Shown here one piece after another: positions 32,277 to 45,430 of a DNA stretch of 64,000 bases. The DNA comes from Felis catus (Eukaryota). Location of the stretch: contig NC_058375.1 of assembly GCF_018350175.1 (NCBI RefSeq), positions 372,001 through 436,000 on the forward strand. Direction: 5' to 3'. Every line of letters begins with the position of its first letter. The first letter of the stretch is position 1. The notes beneath the pieces were generated by a model. That model was not told the origin of the DNA, ran no database searches, and was given only the letters and a program-made list of their open reading frames with translations. A program made the position numbers and the translations under genes.

Positions 32277-35200
32277 TCAGCTGGCGGCCTGGGGTAGGCC
32301 CTTCTTGAGCAGTGACGTGAGGTGACTTCCCAGCTCTTCATCCTGTAGCCAGATGCAAGAGGGGGCAGTCATCTCACCTTCCCTGACCACCATACCTGGG
32401 CAGAGCAAGGTGATGGGGTAACCCCGCCTATCCTGACCTGCCGGCTACAGGGCCCTGGAGGCCACTCACCTGGTAGGTCCAGGAGACCAACAGCACCTTG
32501 GTGCCTGGGTCCTCGGAGTGGGCCGCGGCTTGGATAAGGATGGACTCCACGGTCACGGACCCGTCGGGAAGGTGCTGCACGCAGTGCTCCTTGAGGACGC
32601 TGTGGGGAAACACTGTGAGACCTGCCTCGTACCCCTCTTCTTACCCGCCCCAGGGCCGGGAAGGGTTGGGTACCCACCTCTTCAGGTGGCTGTAGACGCG
32701 CATGGCTGTCTCCTGCTCCTTGCGAGGGTCGTGCAGATGGACACGGCAGGTGAAGCGCAGCTGGTGCTCGGCGAGACCCAGCTCCTTGAGGGCCTGCTCT
32801 GAGGACACTAGCCGGAAGTTCTGCGGGACAGGGGCAGGTCAGGGGGCATGGAGCGCCCCACCCCCGCCGTGCCCCCGCCCACGCGCACTCACACTGTCTT
32901 TCATGATCAGAGTGCCATGCAGGAGACGGGGCTTTTTGGCATCAGGGAGAAGCCCTGTGGAGAAAGGGGTGAGGACTGGAGCTGCCATCGGGTCCACCCG
33001 CTGAGCCGCTCCCCTGCCCTGCCCTGCCCTGCCCTGCGTACCCTGTGCCATCTCCCGCTTCAGCAGCCCCAGCGAGATGCCTACAGGGATGCTGGGGCTT
33101 GTGGGCAGTGTCACCGTCTCACCATTGGCTGGCATGTAGCAGCTGACCCCTGGGCCGGAGGGGGAGGGGCAGAAAGCCTGTCAGGATCAGCTGGCTCTGC
33201 CCATGCTGACCCCACGGGCAGCCCGCGCCCCCCATTCCTCCCACATCCCGTGGCAGCCCACACCCCCCTGTGCCCCCCCAAGCCCTCCCCACACACCCCC
33301 CCCATCCCGTGGCAGCCCGCGCCCCCCCACCCCCCACCCCCAACCTACGGAACTCCTGCTCAATCTTCTGCTTCAGGAACTCCATCTTCTTGGCCTCCCC
33401 ATGCACCAGCAGCACGCTCTCAGGCTCCGCCTGGCCCACCAGCTGCATGATACCCTTGGCATCGGCATGGGCACTGAAGGACATGTACTCCACCTGCATC
33501 TTGACCTCCAGCTGCAGAATCACAGTGCGCACAGGCCCTTACCACAAGCAAGGGCTCAGAGGGCTCCCAAGCGAGCCAAGGTGGGGCCCGTGGAGCTATC
33601 AGGAAGTGGGGACTCACCACCTGCCGCCCCTCCATCTCCAGCTTGCGCTGCCCACTGAGGATCTTATGGCCCACGGTTCCCTGCACGCAGTAGCCAGGCA
33701 TGATGACCTGTGGGGCAGTGAGGCGTGGAGCCGGCGGCCACCCTGCAGATGACACCACCCCCCCCCCCATTCCTGCCTCGGGCTTCCTCTCTGTCTCTCC
33801 ACCCCACCCCTGCTGCCTGTCTAAACCTGAACCTTTGATGGCCCCTTCCCCTTGCCAGCAGTTCCCCATCCCAGGCCCGAGTAGCACGTCAGCTAGGGAA
33901 GCCAGAAGGCTTTACTGCCCGATGCAGAGAGGCCGACACACAGCAAGGGTGGGAGCTGCCTGGGTCAGACACAGGGCCCTGGGATACTGAGCCCCGTCCT
34001 GACAACAGCAGTGCCCCCAAGCCGGGTGGAGCCCCTGCTCCCCCACCTCTGCCCAACCTCATAGGCCCTCCTGGGAGCTACACCTGGAGCCCAGATCCCT
34101 CACCATGTTCTTCTCATTCCCTGCCCACTTCCGGAAGATCTGCAGGGACTGGCCAGCATGCAGCATGCCTGGTGTGGCAAAAACAACCTGCAGGGCAGGC
34201 AGGGGACAGTCAGGGCACAGTCAGGGCAGTGGACACCCACCTGCCAAAGAACCAGCACTGGCCACCAGTCCAGCCCCTCCTCTGCCCTCAGAGTCTTTTG
34301 ACCCTGCACCCACCACCAGCCCCATCTTCTGACCACCCCCCCATCTTTCCCTCAGCACAGTGCACCCCACTCCCTGAGGGAGACCTGCAGGCAGGGACCA
34401 CTCACACGTCCCAGACACGGAGAAGGTGCACACATGTAGACAGCCAACGCTGGCTGCCTCGGCCCAACTTGGCTACCATGGGCACCGGACAGCCATCCCC
34501 ACCCCCTCCTGGCCAGGGCCTCACCATCGGACCCGGGTTGTCAGCAAATGCTCGGTCGAAAGCCTTGATGTGCTTAAACTCAAACATGTTCCTCTGGACA
34601 AAGGTCTTCCGGATCTTCTGGTTGGTCCAGGTTATGAAGAGCTTGTAGTAGTGGTTGGCCTTCTCCGTGAGGCCCGTGGAAAAGTAGATGGGGGCCTTCA
34701 GGTTCATGCGCTCCCTGCAGACCGCGCCAGGGCCACGGTGGAGGAGCTGCCGGGGCAGGGCCAGCCCGCGTCCCCCTCACACCCCAGCCCAGGCTGCATC
34801 CGTGAAGGAATCACCCCCTGCCCGCTCCCTCCTATACATCCAGGTCCCACAGAGGGGACGTAGGCACATGACTGGGGGGCCCGGTACAGGCAGGCGCCCC
34901 AACAGACGTCAGGTACCCTGACTATACTCTGCCTAGAGCTGGACACGGACATGCCGCTGGCACCCACTCAAGCCAGGGCTCCCAGAAACCGACTGGCTAC
35001 CACCTACCAGAAGGTCTCCAGCAGGATGCAGAGCTCCTGAGCGCGGCCCAGCGCAAACACAGGGATCAGCACCTGCAGGGGAAGGGCAAGGCTGGCTCAG
35101 GCAGGAACCCCTGGCCATGCTGCCCACCCAAGTTAAAGCCACCTCTGATCACAGTGGGCAGGCGGTGGTTCCCTGTGGCTGCCTTCTCAGGAAGCGGCTA

Positions 35201-38200
35201 CTATAAACACTGGCCCTGCCGGCAGCTCTGATGGCCAGGGCCTGCGTCCACTGAGAGGGCATGGCCAGGTATCCCCGAGAGTCAGAGGCCCTTTGCAGGC
35301 CACAGGTAAGGCCCCCACGCTCTGCCCTCAAGTCCTGCTCCCAGCCACAATACATCCCAAACTGACTGCGGTGGATGCTCTGGCCAGCCCTGGGCTGGGA
35401 TCTGAGATAAGGGATGAATAAGAACCCCCGTGGTCTTCAGAGAAGTTTTTCTTCCTAATGCTGAGAACACATTCCTCCCCGCATGCCCAGAACACATGGC
35501 ACCCGTCCCCTGACATGCCAGAGGTGGCGAAGGACCGTGTAGCACGGTCGGGGTGGGCACAAGGCCCAGAGCCCCGCCTGCACCAGCTACCTTCCCGCCA
35601 CGCTCCACAGCCTCGTGGACCTTCTTCAGGAAGTCTCGCTCCCGGCAGCGCTTGGAGTCCCGGATGGTCGTGGCATATGTAGACTCTGTGATGAGCAGGT
35701 TGGGGCGGCATTTGTCAATCCAGGCAGCTCTATGACAGAGGTGGGCGTGGGCCAAGGTAGACAATCCACATGGCTGCAAGGCTAGGCTTCAAGGCTTAGG
35801 AGCAACAAAACGGACCCCAGCCATAGCCTCCCTTGACCCTCTGACAAGCAGGAGGAAGAGACTCTGCCACGCACAGAGGACACATGGTGGACGCTGAAGG
35901 CACCCAGCACACCCCTGTGCATCACTGCACTCCTAGGGGGTCTACACAGGAAGAAACAAACACACAGCCTACTCACCCCAAATGCCGGTCCGGGGTCATA
36001 TTATAATCACCCTGGCAAAGAATGTGGCAATAAGGCAGGTGCCTCCTCTCCCCGGCCAGGCAGTCCCTCCTGTGCCCCAGGTGCTTCCACTGACCGTGTA
36101 GACCACAGACTCTGAGCCCACTTTAATCTGGAACATGGCTGCCCCCAGCACGTGGCCTGCATAGTAGGCCTTGATTTCGAGCTCATCATCCACCTACAGA
36201 GAAGAGGCCTCAACTCAGGTCTGCAGGCTACGCTGGGTTGAGGACGATGGCAAAGGGGCCAGGGAGGTAGACACTGGGGAGGCAGAGGGCAGAAGGGAAC
36301 ATGGTTCTCATCACGTTTCATCATGTTTCATCATTTCCTGTTTCTCACACACAATGTCCAGTTCTCAACCAAGAGCAACCAGACATAAGAGACGAGACAC
36401 CACCACAGAAAGCAAAACAACAGTCTAGAGAGGCAGACTCAGCTCCTAGAGTTTTCAGACATGGACTTTAAGAGGGCTGTGACTAATACATTCAGAGACA
36501 TAAAAAGGACCCAGGATGTTGACAAAAAAACTAGAAATCTTTTTTTTTTTAATGTTTATTTTTGAAGGGAGAACAAGCAGGGGAGGGGCAAAGAGAGAGG
36601 GGGACAGAGGATCTGAAGCAGGCTCCATGCTTCAGCAGAGAGCCCAACAAGGGGCTGGAACCCACAGACCATGAGATCATGACCTGAGCTGAAGTCAGAT
36701 GCTCAAACAACTGAGCCACCCAGGCACCCCTAGAAATCATTTTAAAAAGTGGAAATCTAAACCAAAAATCATAATAACTCAAAGAATTCAATGTATGAAT
36801 TTAACAGCACATTGCATATAATCAGAGTACTAATGCGCTAAAATATATAGAAAAGACTATCTAGCACGAAGCACAGAAAGACAAAAGCGTCAGGGAAGGT
36901 CTGAAGTGAGAGGCCTAACATTCTGCCATCTGGAGCCCGGGGCTGGAGGAGAGCAACAGGCAGGAGTAACAACACTGGAAGAACCTGATGAAAGACATCA
37001 GGTCACAGATCCAAGAGGCTTCACACCTGGGCGGATTCAATGAGAACAGAACAACATTCGGGCCCATCGTAGCATCCAAAAATCCACCCCCCAAAATCCA
37101 AAGAGAAGAACACAACCCTACAAGCAGTCTAAGATTAAAGATGCTCTTCCAAACAGTGAATAGAAAGACACATCCAAAGTACCAAGAAAAAAAGGGCAGC
37201 CAAACTAGAATTCCACACGTAATGAAAAAAGTCCTTCAGGAATGAGGGTGAAGCAGACCCATCTGCAAACAAATAAAAGAGATTCGTGGGGGCGCCTGGG
37301 GCCTCAGTTAGTTGAGCATCCAACTCTTGATTTCGGCTCAGGTCATGATCCCAGGTCGTGGGACTGAGCCCCATGTTGGGCTCTGCGCTGAGCATGAAGC
37401 CTGCTTAAGATTCTCTTTCTCTTTCTCTTTCTCTTTCTCTTTCTTTTTCTTTTTCTCTTTCTCTTTCTCTCTCTCCCCCACGACCTCTAAAAAATTTTTT
37501 TAAATAAAAACAAAAATAAGAATAAACAGAATTCATTACCCACCGATCCACACTGGTGTTCTCTAGCAGGAAGACAAATGAGAAAGGAGAATGAGAAGAC
37601 AAATGAGAAATGAGAGAGAGGGTAAACACAGAGAAGACTTTGTCGGAATTAGTCAAGAAGTCCTGCTGAGTTTCCCATGTACCGAGCAAATCAAAGTCAA
37701 GGCGAACGACAGCCTAAGTCAGGGAAGGGACAAGCAGATTTACGACATTCTAAGAGCTTTCCAATACATAGAGGCGAAAGCTCCAAGTACCTTAGAGCGT
37801 CGTCACAAATGCGTTTTGTAGCCTCTACCACTACGAGAATGAGAAGAGCATGAAGTTACTAACCAAATAAAAGAGAAGCAGAAATTTTAAAAAATTAATC
37901 CGAAAAAGGCAATAATGGAAAGAAGAAACATAGAACAGACAAGTCAAATAGGAAGCAAATGGTAAGAAGGTAGAGCTAAGCTCAAAGTTATTAAATGTGG
38001 AGTCCAAACGCTCCATCTGGACAGGTTATCAAGCTAGATTTTTTAAAAAGAAACAAAAAAAAAAAAAAAAAAAAAAAAAGGAAGAAAGAAAGAAAAAGAA
38101 AGAAACCAACACCTCTTTTGCTCAGGCCCATGGTGCCGGCAGGACAGGCTAGTGTCAGTCCTCACACTGCCAGGATGCTCCGCAGCCACAGACAAGATTA

Positions 38201-41200
38201 GAAGCAGCAGTTGGGGCGCCTGGGTGGCGCAGTCGGTTAAGCGTCCGACTTCAGCCAGGTCACGATCTCGCGGTCCGGGAGTTCGAGCCCCGCGTCAGGC
38301 TCTGGGCTGATGGCTCAGAGCCTGGAGCCTGTTTCCGATTCTGTGTCTCCCTCTCTCTCTGCCCCTCCCCCGTTCATGCTCTGTCTCTCTCTGTCCCAAA
38401 AATAAATAAACGTTGAAAAAAATTTTAAAAAAATAAATAAAAAAAAAGAAGCAGCAAAGCCAACAGGACAAGGAGGCCCGTGGGGCCTGAAGGCCAACCC
38501 TTGTGGAGGCGCTTCCCATGCACAGGGAATGTGCCGGAAAAAGTAGGGGTTGAAACCAGACAGCCAAATTCTGCCATCAGGAAGTGTATCAGGGTCCAGC
38601 TGATCAAGAACGACAAAAGAAATCTCAGCCTTTGTACCCAATGATGGCTGTTTGAATTTTATTGAGGAAAATTATGAAGTTCTGGTTGCTGGATTTGGTC
38701 ACAAAGGTCATGCTGTCGGTGACACTCCTGGAGTTCGCTTGAAGGTTTTGTCAAAGTAGCCAATGTCTCTCCTTTGGCCTTATACAAAGGCAAAATGGAA
38801 AGACCAAGATCCTCAATTTGATGGTGAACACATGACAGTAGGAAATTTTCATACACAAACAAAAACAAAAACAAATTACATGCCACTTAAAAGAGCTACA
38901 TTTAAAACATGATGCAGGGGCACCTGCATGGCGCAGTGGTTAAGTGTCTGACCCTTGATTTCGGCTCAGGTCACGATCTCACAGTTCATGACATTGGGCT
39001 CTATGCTGCCAGCACACAGCCTGCTTGGGATTCTCTCTCTCTTTCTGCCCCTCCCCACACACACACATGCACGCTGTCTTTCTCTTTCTCAAAATAAATA
39101 AACTTAAAAAATAAAAACAAATTAAAAAAACATCTGAAACGTGTTGTAGTACAGTTGAAAATAAAGCAATGGAAAAAGCCATGCCATGCAAACAGTAACC
39201 AAAGGTGGGAAAGGCAGGGATGGTGTAATGTTACCAGAAACACAGACTTTAAGGTAAGAGGCGTTATTAAAGATAAATACACATACTTGTATTGACGAGA
39301 GGTTCAACCAGAAGGATAAAACAACCCAAAATATATAGGCATCCAATAACAAGCGAAACCCACTGACTCTAAGGAGAAACAGACAAATCTACAATCCTTG
39401 TGCTAAGTTTTACCCAACTTGATTGCATTTGCCTGCTGAAAACCTTAACCTTCCTCCGTGACCCACATATGACACTTACCGAGACAAAGCCCAAGCTCCA
39501 CAGCTAGTACTGGGTGCCCTCCAGGGCTTGCCCATCTCACTGTCCGGTCTCCACCTTCTTACATGTGTTCAGACGCACGGCTGGGTGAGCAGCGGAAGCT
39601 CTGTGCACTTGATGGGCACTCTAGCGCCCCCCTCCCACCCTGAATCTGGGCTGGGTCCCTACATGCTTGCCCGCTGCTGCCTCCTAGTGGCCCCGCAGTA
39701 TCAGACAGAGAGTGGGATGGGGTCTGTTAGGACCCTGACCTGGACCGTCTGGTGGAGGTGGACAGCTACCACCTTTTTCATACAGTCTTTGATCATCTGG
39801 GAGGTAAAGAAGTTGGCCTCGCCCTTCTTGTCCACAGCAATCTTGCGGTAGTCCTCCAGCAGGATGGGGCAGATGGCCTGGGTGGGGTGGGTCATGTAGA
39901 TGGGCCCGTCGTAGCCCACCATCTCGCTGAAGTAGGGGAGTGCCCCACAGTGGTCCAGGTGGAAGTGGCTGAGGGTGCAACATAGATCAGCCCAGGGCCA
40001 CTGCTCCCCGAGCAAGCCCGCCCCCACAGCCGCTCCACACCAGGGCCCCACCGTGTGTCAGATGTCATCCTAAGTACTGCAGAGTGAGGAGGCAGCAAAA
40101 CAGATGAAAACTGCTACCTTCCTGGAACCTACAATCTAAGTGTCTGGTAAAGCAGTGAGCATTAAAGAGGCAATGCTTGCATCAGAGGTGTACGTTTTCT
40201 ACGGTCAAATAGAAAGTAGCTGAGAAGGGGACAGGGCATCAGGAGAGCTGCCCTCTCCGGCAGATGGATGGAAAGACCCCAGGGCATGTGAGCCAGGCCA
40301 GGAAGGCACTGGGGCAGAGGGAACAGAGTGCTGTGGGTCCACAAACGGAGCAAACCGCTGCATCAAGCCCATGTCCAAGAAGGGACTGAGCCCACAGGAG
40401 CCTCACAGCAGCTGAGGACGAGGCCACCTTGGGCCACCAGGTCCCTGGCTTGCAAGGTGCGGGGAGAAGACCAGCAGGGGGCTGCTCTGGTCATCTGGCC
40501 ACATGGCAAAGTTGAAGGTCGGGAAAAGGGCTGGACCCACAAACTGTGGGCTGTCTGGGTGGAGTGTGAGGAAGAGGAGGAAAGCAGGAGCTCCATTCAG
40601 CCAGGCTGGGGGGTTCAACCGTCACCAGAGAAGAGCCGGACCATGAGACTAGAGGTCAGGGGCAGGGTGGATGAGGATGTATGGGAAGGTCTGAGGACCG
40701 AGGACGAGCAGGGAGGGTGTAGTCACCGCTGCCAAATGCTGTTGAGAGGCTGAGTGAGGAAGTCTGAGAAGCAGCGCAGGGGTTCAAGGTGAAATGTGCC
40801 ATCTTTGCATTGGGGGCAGTGGCCTCCCTGCCACGGGCCTATTGCCCTAACACAACCTCATCTTCTTGGGGCACCTGGGGCTCTCATCCATGACACTCAG
40901 GGGCAGAGCCAATAGGCACCCACAGCACAGAGCGCCCCTTGCCTCCACAGGGCTGATCAAAGCCTGTCAAGGGGCAACCGTGAACACCTATAAGCTCACG
41001 CAGACACAGCCTCCAGGACCACTGTTCAGAGGTGGAGAGGGCCAGCCCTGGGGGTGAGTCACACAGGCAACCTGGAACAGAACCTGGGCCCGCAACACCC
41101 CACAGCCTGCAGCCTCCACGGGCCCCGGGGGCTCTCCTGGGCCCACTAGGGCCCCCGAAGTGGGGTTAGATGTGAGCCGACATCACACTATGACCAGCAG

Positions 41201-44200
41201 CCAATGGGCACTCACCTGATGATCACACAGTCCAGGAAGTCGGTCAGCCGGCCATTGCGGGTGATGTAGGAGAAATCAGGGAAGCGCCTCTGAGAAGCCA
41301 AGAAAAAGGGTCAGAACGCAGCTGCCCTGGGTCTGCAGGTGATGGAAGTGGCGGGCAGCCAGCACTCCAGGGAGCGACTCCCAGGAGTGGGGAATAAAGG
41401 CACAGGCTGAGCCTGGGCACTAATACCCCCAGCCTGGCAGGCCACACCAGGACCATCGACTGTTCACAGCCTCTGAAAACCCAGGGAGGGGTCAAACCAC
41501 CAGAACCAGTAACCAAGCCAGAAGCCCTGCCTGGGAAGCACTGAGCTGCCCCACATGACCCTGCAGGAGCCCGCGAGCCCCTGCTCTGGTACAGATCAAC
41601 GCTTCCACGCGGGGTACCCCACCTGTCAAGTGGTGGGGCCCGGGGCTGCCAGGGAAGGCAGTGACCCCAGACCCACCTGCCTCCTACCACTGCCCACTTG
41701 CCCAAACTGTCCCTACTCTATGGGTCAGAGCCTGAAGCTCTAAAGCCTGGGATCCTACTGAGAACAGCAACAAGGAACAGGCAGCGTGAGGTCCCTCCAG
41801 GGACCTCCACCTTCCCTCGGGACTCACGTCGTCATTGAAGCCCATGTGCATTCCGCAGTCCAGCATGACATTCTTGCCCCCGATGGAGACCAGGATGCAG
41901 CTTCGGCCCACATCCTGGCCAGCTCCTGAACGGGAAGGTGGGATGAGGTGCTGCCACCCCCTTCCCACTTCCCCCATGTCCGTTTCCCTGCTGCTGCAAG
42001 TGATGGCCCCAGCCGCCTGCCTCAGGCCTCCAGTGGGTGCTCTGGGTCCCCAGCCCTGCAGAACCCTCAGTGGGTTGGGGAAACTAGATCCCCACGGCTG
42101 CTGTGTGGACAAAGGGTGAGGCAAGAAGCACTGTCACCTCCACACACAGGCCAGGGAGATGTGTAGGGAAGGGACAAAGGGCCAAGCGAGTTCCAGCCCA
42201 TGTGCCCTCCCCTACTGCACCTCCGAGCCTCAGGCCCTGCCACTACCACCTAGGTCAGACAGAAAACACCCCTCACCTCTCGAGGGAGCAGCCTACCTGC
42301 TGCCGCTGACCTCAACCGTCAAAGGCCAGGGGATGTGCAACAGGTGCTGGACCGTGGTCCTGGCACTTAATAGGGGCAAGCTGATGCTCCACGAGGCCTC
42401 ACCACCCCTCGTGAAACCTCAACTGGGGTGACATCTGAGCTGTGGGGACCCTCCCCCAGGGCCTACTCCCAGAAGGCATCAAGCGCCTCCAGGTGGTGCC
42501 ACTGCAGAGGGACACTGTGCAGTAGCTTTAGCCCAGCCATGGGGAGACAGGGCCCCAGCTGTCCAGCAATGACCAGCTACAGTGGCCTCAGTGCAGATGC
42601 CCCATCACTGCACCCCCTCAAGACATTCCCCAGTCCAGACTTAACCTGAGTCCTATCCATGTTCTTGACTTTGAGTCCTACCAGCTGCTCCAGCCCCAGC
42701 AGGACACATTCCAGCAATCTCTTCTGGCCATGTGTCATCTCCTCTGGGGTCTGGACGCCCAGGAAGAAAGGGACATACCCTTGCATGATGTCACCAAATG
42801 ACCTGCTTTCTATCCTGATCCTACAAGCCTCCCTCTACCAGCCACGCGAACCTTCCATTAACACCACACACACTAGGGTGACCAGGCCATGGCTCAGAGC
42901 AGGACCCTGGCTGGTCCTTGAGAAGCTTCAGTCACCCACGACAATAGTAGGCGATCCTAGCCAAGAGCTCAGCCACAGGCCTTGTCCTGAAGATCTCTCA
43001 AAGGCCTGCTCCTTACCCAGCAGGATGATGGCAGTGTCTCAGCTGTCTGCCCACTGCTACATCTTCAGCCCTAAAGCTGTGCCCAGAGGCCCTCCAAACA
43101 TTTGTGACAGGGGAAAGGGGAGGGCTGCCTCTCTTTACAGAGGACGTGAAATCACAGAAGTCATAGGATCAGTTCACAGGCACATGGCTCCTAAGCACAG
43201 GGCCAGGGACGGTTTCTGGACTCCAGAGCTCAGCTCTGAGACACTGGCCACCTGCTCCCACCAGGACCCACAACAATCCCGGGGAGCAAGGATTGAGGCC
43301 TGAACTGGGCAGGAAGATGGGGAACAGTCGACGGCACACAAAAAGAGGCAGGACTCCAGAGAAAATAAAAGAGACGCCATGTCCGCAGAAGCTTATGTTC
43401 TAGGGCAAGCAGACGATCACCACATAGATAAGACGCACTGAGTGCGTCATGGAGAAGATTAAGGCAGAGAAGGGAACCGAAAAACTTCCAGAACCATACC
43501 AGGTAAGTCCTCCACAAAACGACTTCTGAGTAGTGTGCAGAGGGACAGCCAGGATGGGAGGGGCAGCTGTGCAAAGGCTGTGTGGTAGGACAGCCTTTGG
43601 GACTCTCCGCATCTGACCAGAGAGCCCATGAGGTACAAACCGGCAAAGGAAAACAAGAGAAATAGTTCTGCTTTGACGGTGCTACGGCCTTGGGAGCACA
43701 TCCAGGTGCAGATCTAGGGTAACAAAAGCAGTAGAAAGAACTGTTCAAGGAGAACAGGGGACAAATCGTGAAGGGGCAGGCTGGAAGGAGGGTCCCGCAG
43801 AGGCCCCTGGAAGGGAGCCAAAGGCAGGGAAGAGTGTGGGTCACAGCAGCCAGAGGGGACCCCGCGCCAACAGCTGCCAGAGTCTGTAGGAGTGACCTGT
43901 ATGGCAGCAAAGAGATGTGTACTCTGACCTGGCAGGCGAGGGGCAGGGGCCTTCATTGCGACTGTCAACAGCTCAGGGTCCACACAAAGGACTGGGTGGG
44001 CTGTTTTGAGGAAGAGCTCCACCATGAGAAAGGATATGCAGCTGCGTGGAACATCTGTGCAGGAAAACGCTCCCCACACACAACCCAGTGTAGGAGGCAG
44101 GTTCTGGAACAGCAGAGCAGGAGTGCTGGAAGGATGCCCAGAGACACCTAGAGGGTTGGCCACCAAAATGATAACCCAGTTGTTTCTGGGACTCTGGATT

Positions 44201-44834
44201 CCCAGTGATCTTTCATCCTTCACAGTGTTCTGCACTGTCTGGGCTTTTAAAAGTGTCCGTTTATATCTTTTACAAAATTCAAAGCTTTTTTTTTTCTCTT
44301 TTTAGCGTCGCAGGGATCATGTAAGACAAGGGCTGAACTGAGAGTGAATGGCTGTATTGGGTAAACGGGAAGCTGCAGGTAACGGGTGCGAGACGATGGA
44401 GGAGGCGGAAGGAAGCAGAGGCAGGGAGGAAAGGCGACCTAAAGCATCAGTCCATGTGGACAAAAGCTGGCGCAGCGATGATGGAGACCCTGTGCCTCTA
44501 CGGTGACGGCGTCCGGAGGGCAGGCCCCAGGAGAAGGTGCAGAGACAGTCTGCTCAGGCCTGCTTTTCACCGTGAAGAAAGCTGGGGACGCAGCGGGCCG
44601 GGACCCGACCCCAAAACCGTCCCTCCGGTGCTCCTCCGAGCTTCTCCACACAGGGCCTGAGCCGGGAGCGGGAGCCGGCCCGAGGCCTCCGAGGACGACA
44701 GCTGTGGCCTCTGGGAACCTGGCCGGCCCTCTGCGCCCCCGCGGCTCGTCCCCACACCACCGCCCGGCCCCGCGACCGCGAGGCCGGCCGAGCGCGCCTC
44801 ACTCACCCAGGGGAGTGACCCTGATCTCGGGCAT
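32277..44834 (-). CDS. INTS11: Integrator complex subunit 11 (CPSF3L), MBL/beta-CASP endonuclease, 600 aa
   Basis: 17 exons: 44807-44834, 41828-41925, 41216-41289, 39740-39968, 36095-36193, 35977-36011, 35591-35729, 35008-35072, 34525-34714, 34104-34187, 33618-33707, 33349-33511, 33042-33149, 32893-32954, 32678-32820, 32470-32599, 32277-32342 (1803 nt). Starts [19 protein letters not shown]; metal motif SHFHLDH; [26 protein letters not shown]. Confidence 0.97.
36540..36730 (-). mobile_element. CanSINE
   Basis: Reverse-complement SINE head (ggggtgcctgggtggctcagttgtttgagcatctgacttcagctcaggtcatgatctc) and poly-T; flanking TAGAAATC repeats resemble a TSD. Confidence 0.92.
37288..37515 (+). mobile_element. 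CanSINE with expanded (TCTTTC)n
   Basis: ggggcgcctggggcctcagttagttgagcatccaactcttgatttcggctcaggtcatgatc head, pyrimidine microsatellite and A-rich tail. Confidence 0.9.
38113..38875 (+). pseudogene. RPS23: Processed pseudogene of ribosomal protein S23 (uS12), interrupted by a SINE
   Basis: Intronless. TOP-like 5' leader ctcttttgctcaggcc; segments translate as [76 protein letters not shown] and [15 protein letters not shown]. Start codon lost (ACA, 38144), TAG at 38150, frameshifts, decayed polyA tail at 38857-38875. Confidence 0.93.
38213..38446 (+). mobile_element. Young feline SINEC_Fc-type SINE
   Basis: Near-consensus, CpG-retaining head (ggggcgcctgggtggcgcagtcggttaagcgtccgacttcagccaggtcacgatctcgcgg...gttcgagcccc), long A tail, and AGAAGCAGCA direct repeats at 38200-38209 and 38447-38456. 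Confidence 0.95.
38917..39130 (+). mobile_element. CanSINE
   Basis: ggggcacctgcatggcgcagtggttaagtgtctgacccttgatttcggctcaggtcacgatctc head, CT-rich segment, AAATAAA and A tail. Confidence 0.9.
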
Positions 44835-45099
44835 GCTGTCGGGCGGGCTCCCAGGCCCCGTCGCCTCTGCGCTCACCGAGCCAGCGGGACCACTTCGACG
44901 ACGAAATGCCGGACCCAGGACCTCCGCCGAGCGCCACAACCCACGACACCGCACCGCGCAGGCGCGATCCCAACGGCGCCAGCTTCCGGTGCGCCCGCCG
45001 GAAATGCCGGCCCACGCGTTGAGCCTCGGGATTGGGCAAGCGGCAACCAATCCCGGACGGCAGGGCGGTGGTCGGGGGCGGGGCTGCGGGTCCCGCGGC

Positions 45100-45142
<43 letters not shown>

Positions 45143-45430
45143 AGGTGAACGACGGCGGCGCAGGTGTGCGGAGGGCGGCGGGCTCGGGCCTGAGGCAGGG
45201 GAGCAGATACCAACCGAACTGGACAGGTGGGCCTGGGCATCGCCAAGGGGCTAGACGCGGGAGGGGGCGGCCGAACACTCGGCTTCCACGCCTCCCTGGA
45301 CGCTGGGCTCTTGCTCAATCCTTGGGCCTCAGCTGGAGCTGGACCCGCCTAGGACTGGGGCCCCACTCTGCCCGAGCCCCGGGTCCGAGCCCGGCGCCAC
45401 CTGGAGCTCCCGAGTCCCGGGTCCCAGCCC
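44650..45430. promoter_or_regulatory. CpG island / bidirectional promoter of INTS11 and CPTP
   Basis: NRF1-like GCGCAGGCGC (about 44956), ETS CTTCCGG and CCGGAAAT (about 44983 and 44998), opposed CCAAT boxes (ATTGG 45031, CCAAT 45047), GC box. Confidence 0.88.
45101..45140 (+). repeat. (CGG)13 trinucleotide repeat in the probable CPTP non-coding exon 1
   Basis: Uninterrupted CGG run ending just before gcag|GTGAAC (donor at 45145). Confidence 0.9.

Larger units (their letters stand above)
36340..39400 (+). mobile_element. Old, fragmented LINE-1 (ORF1 to ORF2 endonuclease region) in INTS11 intron 4, antisense to the gene
   Basis: Abrupt A-rich island with L1-like phrases (caaactagaattccaca...tccttcaggaatgagggtga; cacagactttaagg; aaatatataggcatccaataac), interrupted by SINEs and a retrocopy. 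Boundaries approximate. Confidence 0.65.

Noticed and set aside
32955-33041. Mirtron orthologues (human MIR6727; likewise MIR6726 in ACAP3 and MIR6808 in DVL1)
   Set aside because: Short G-rich/C-rich introns are present, but I could not identify convincing hairpins or matching mature sequences.
38213-38295. tRNA gene
   Set aside because: The A/B boxes belong to a tRNA-derived SINE head followed by a CT tract and polyA; no cloverleaf.
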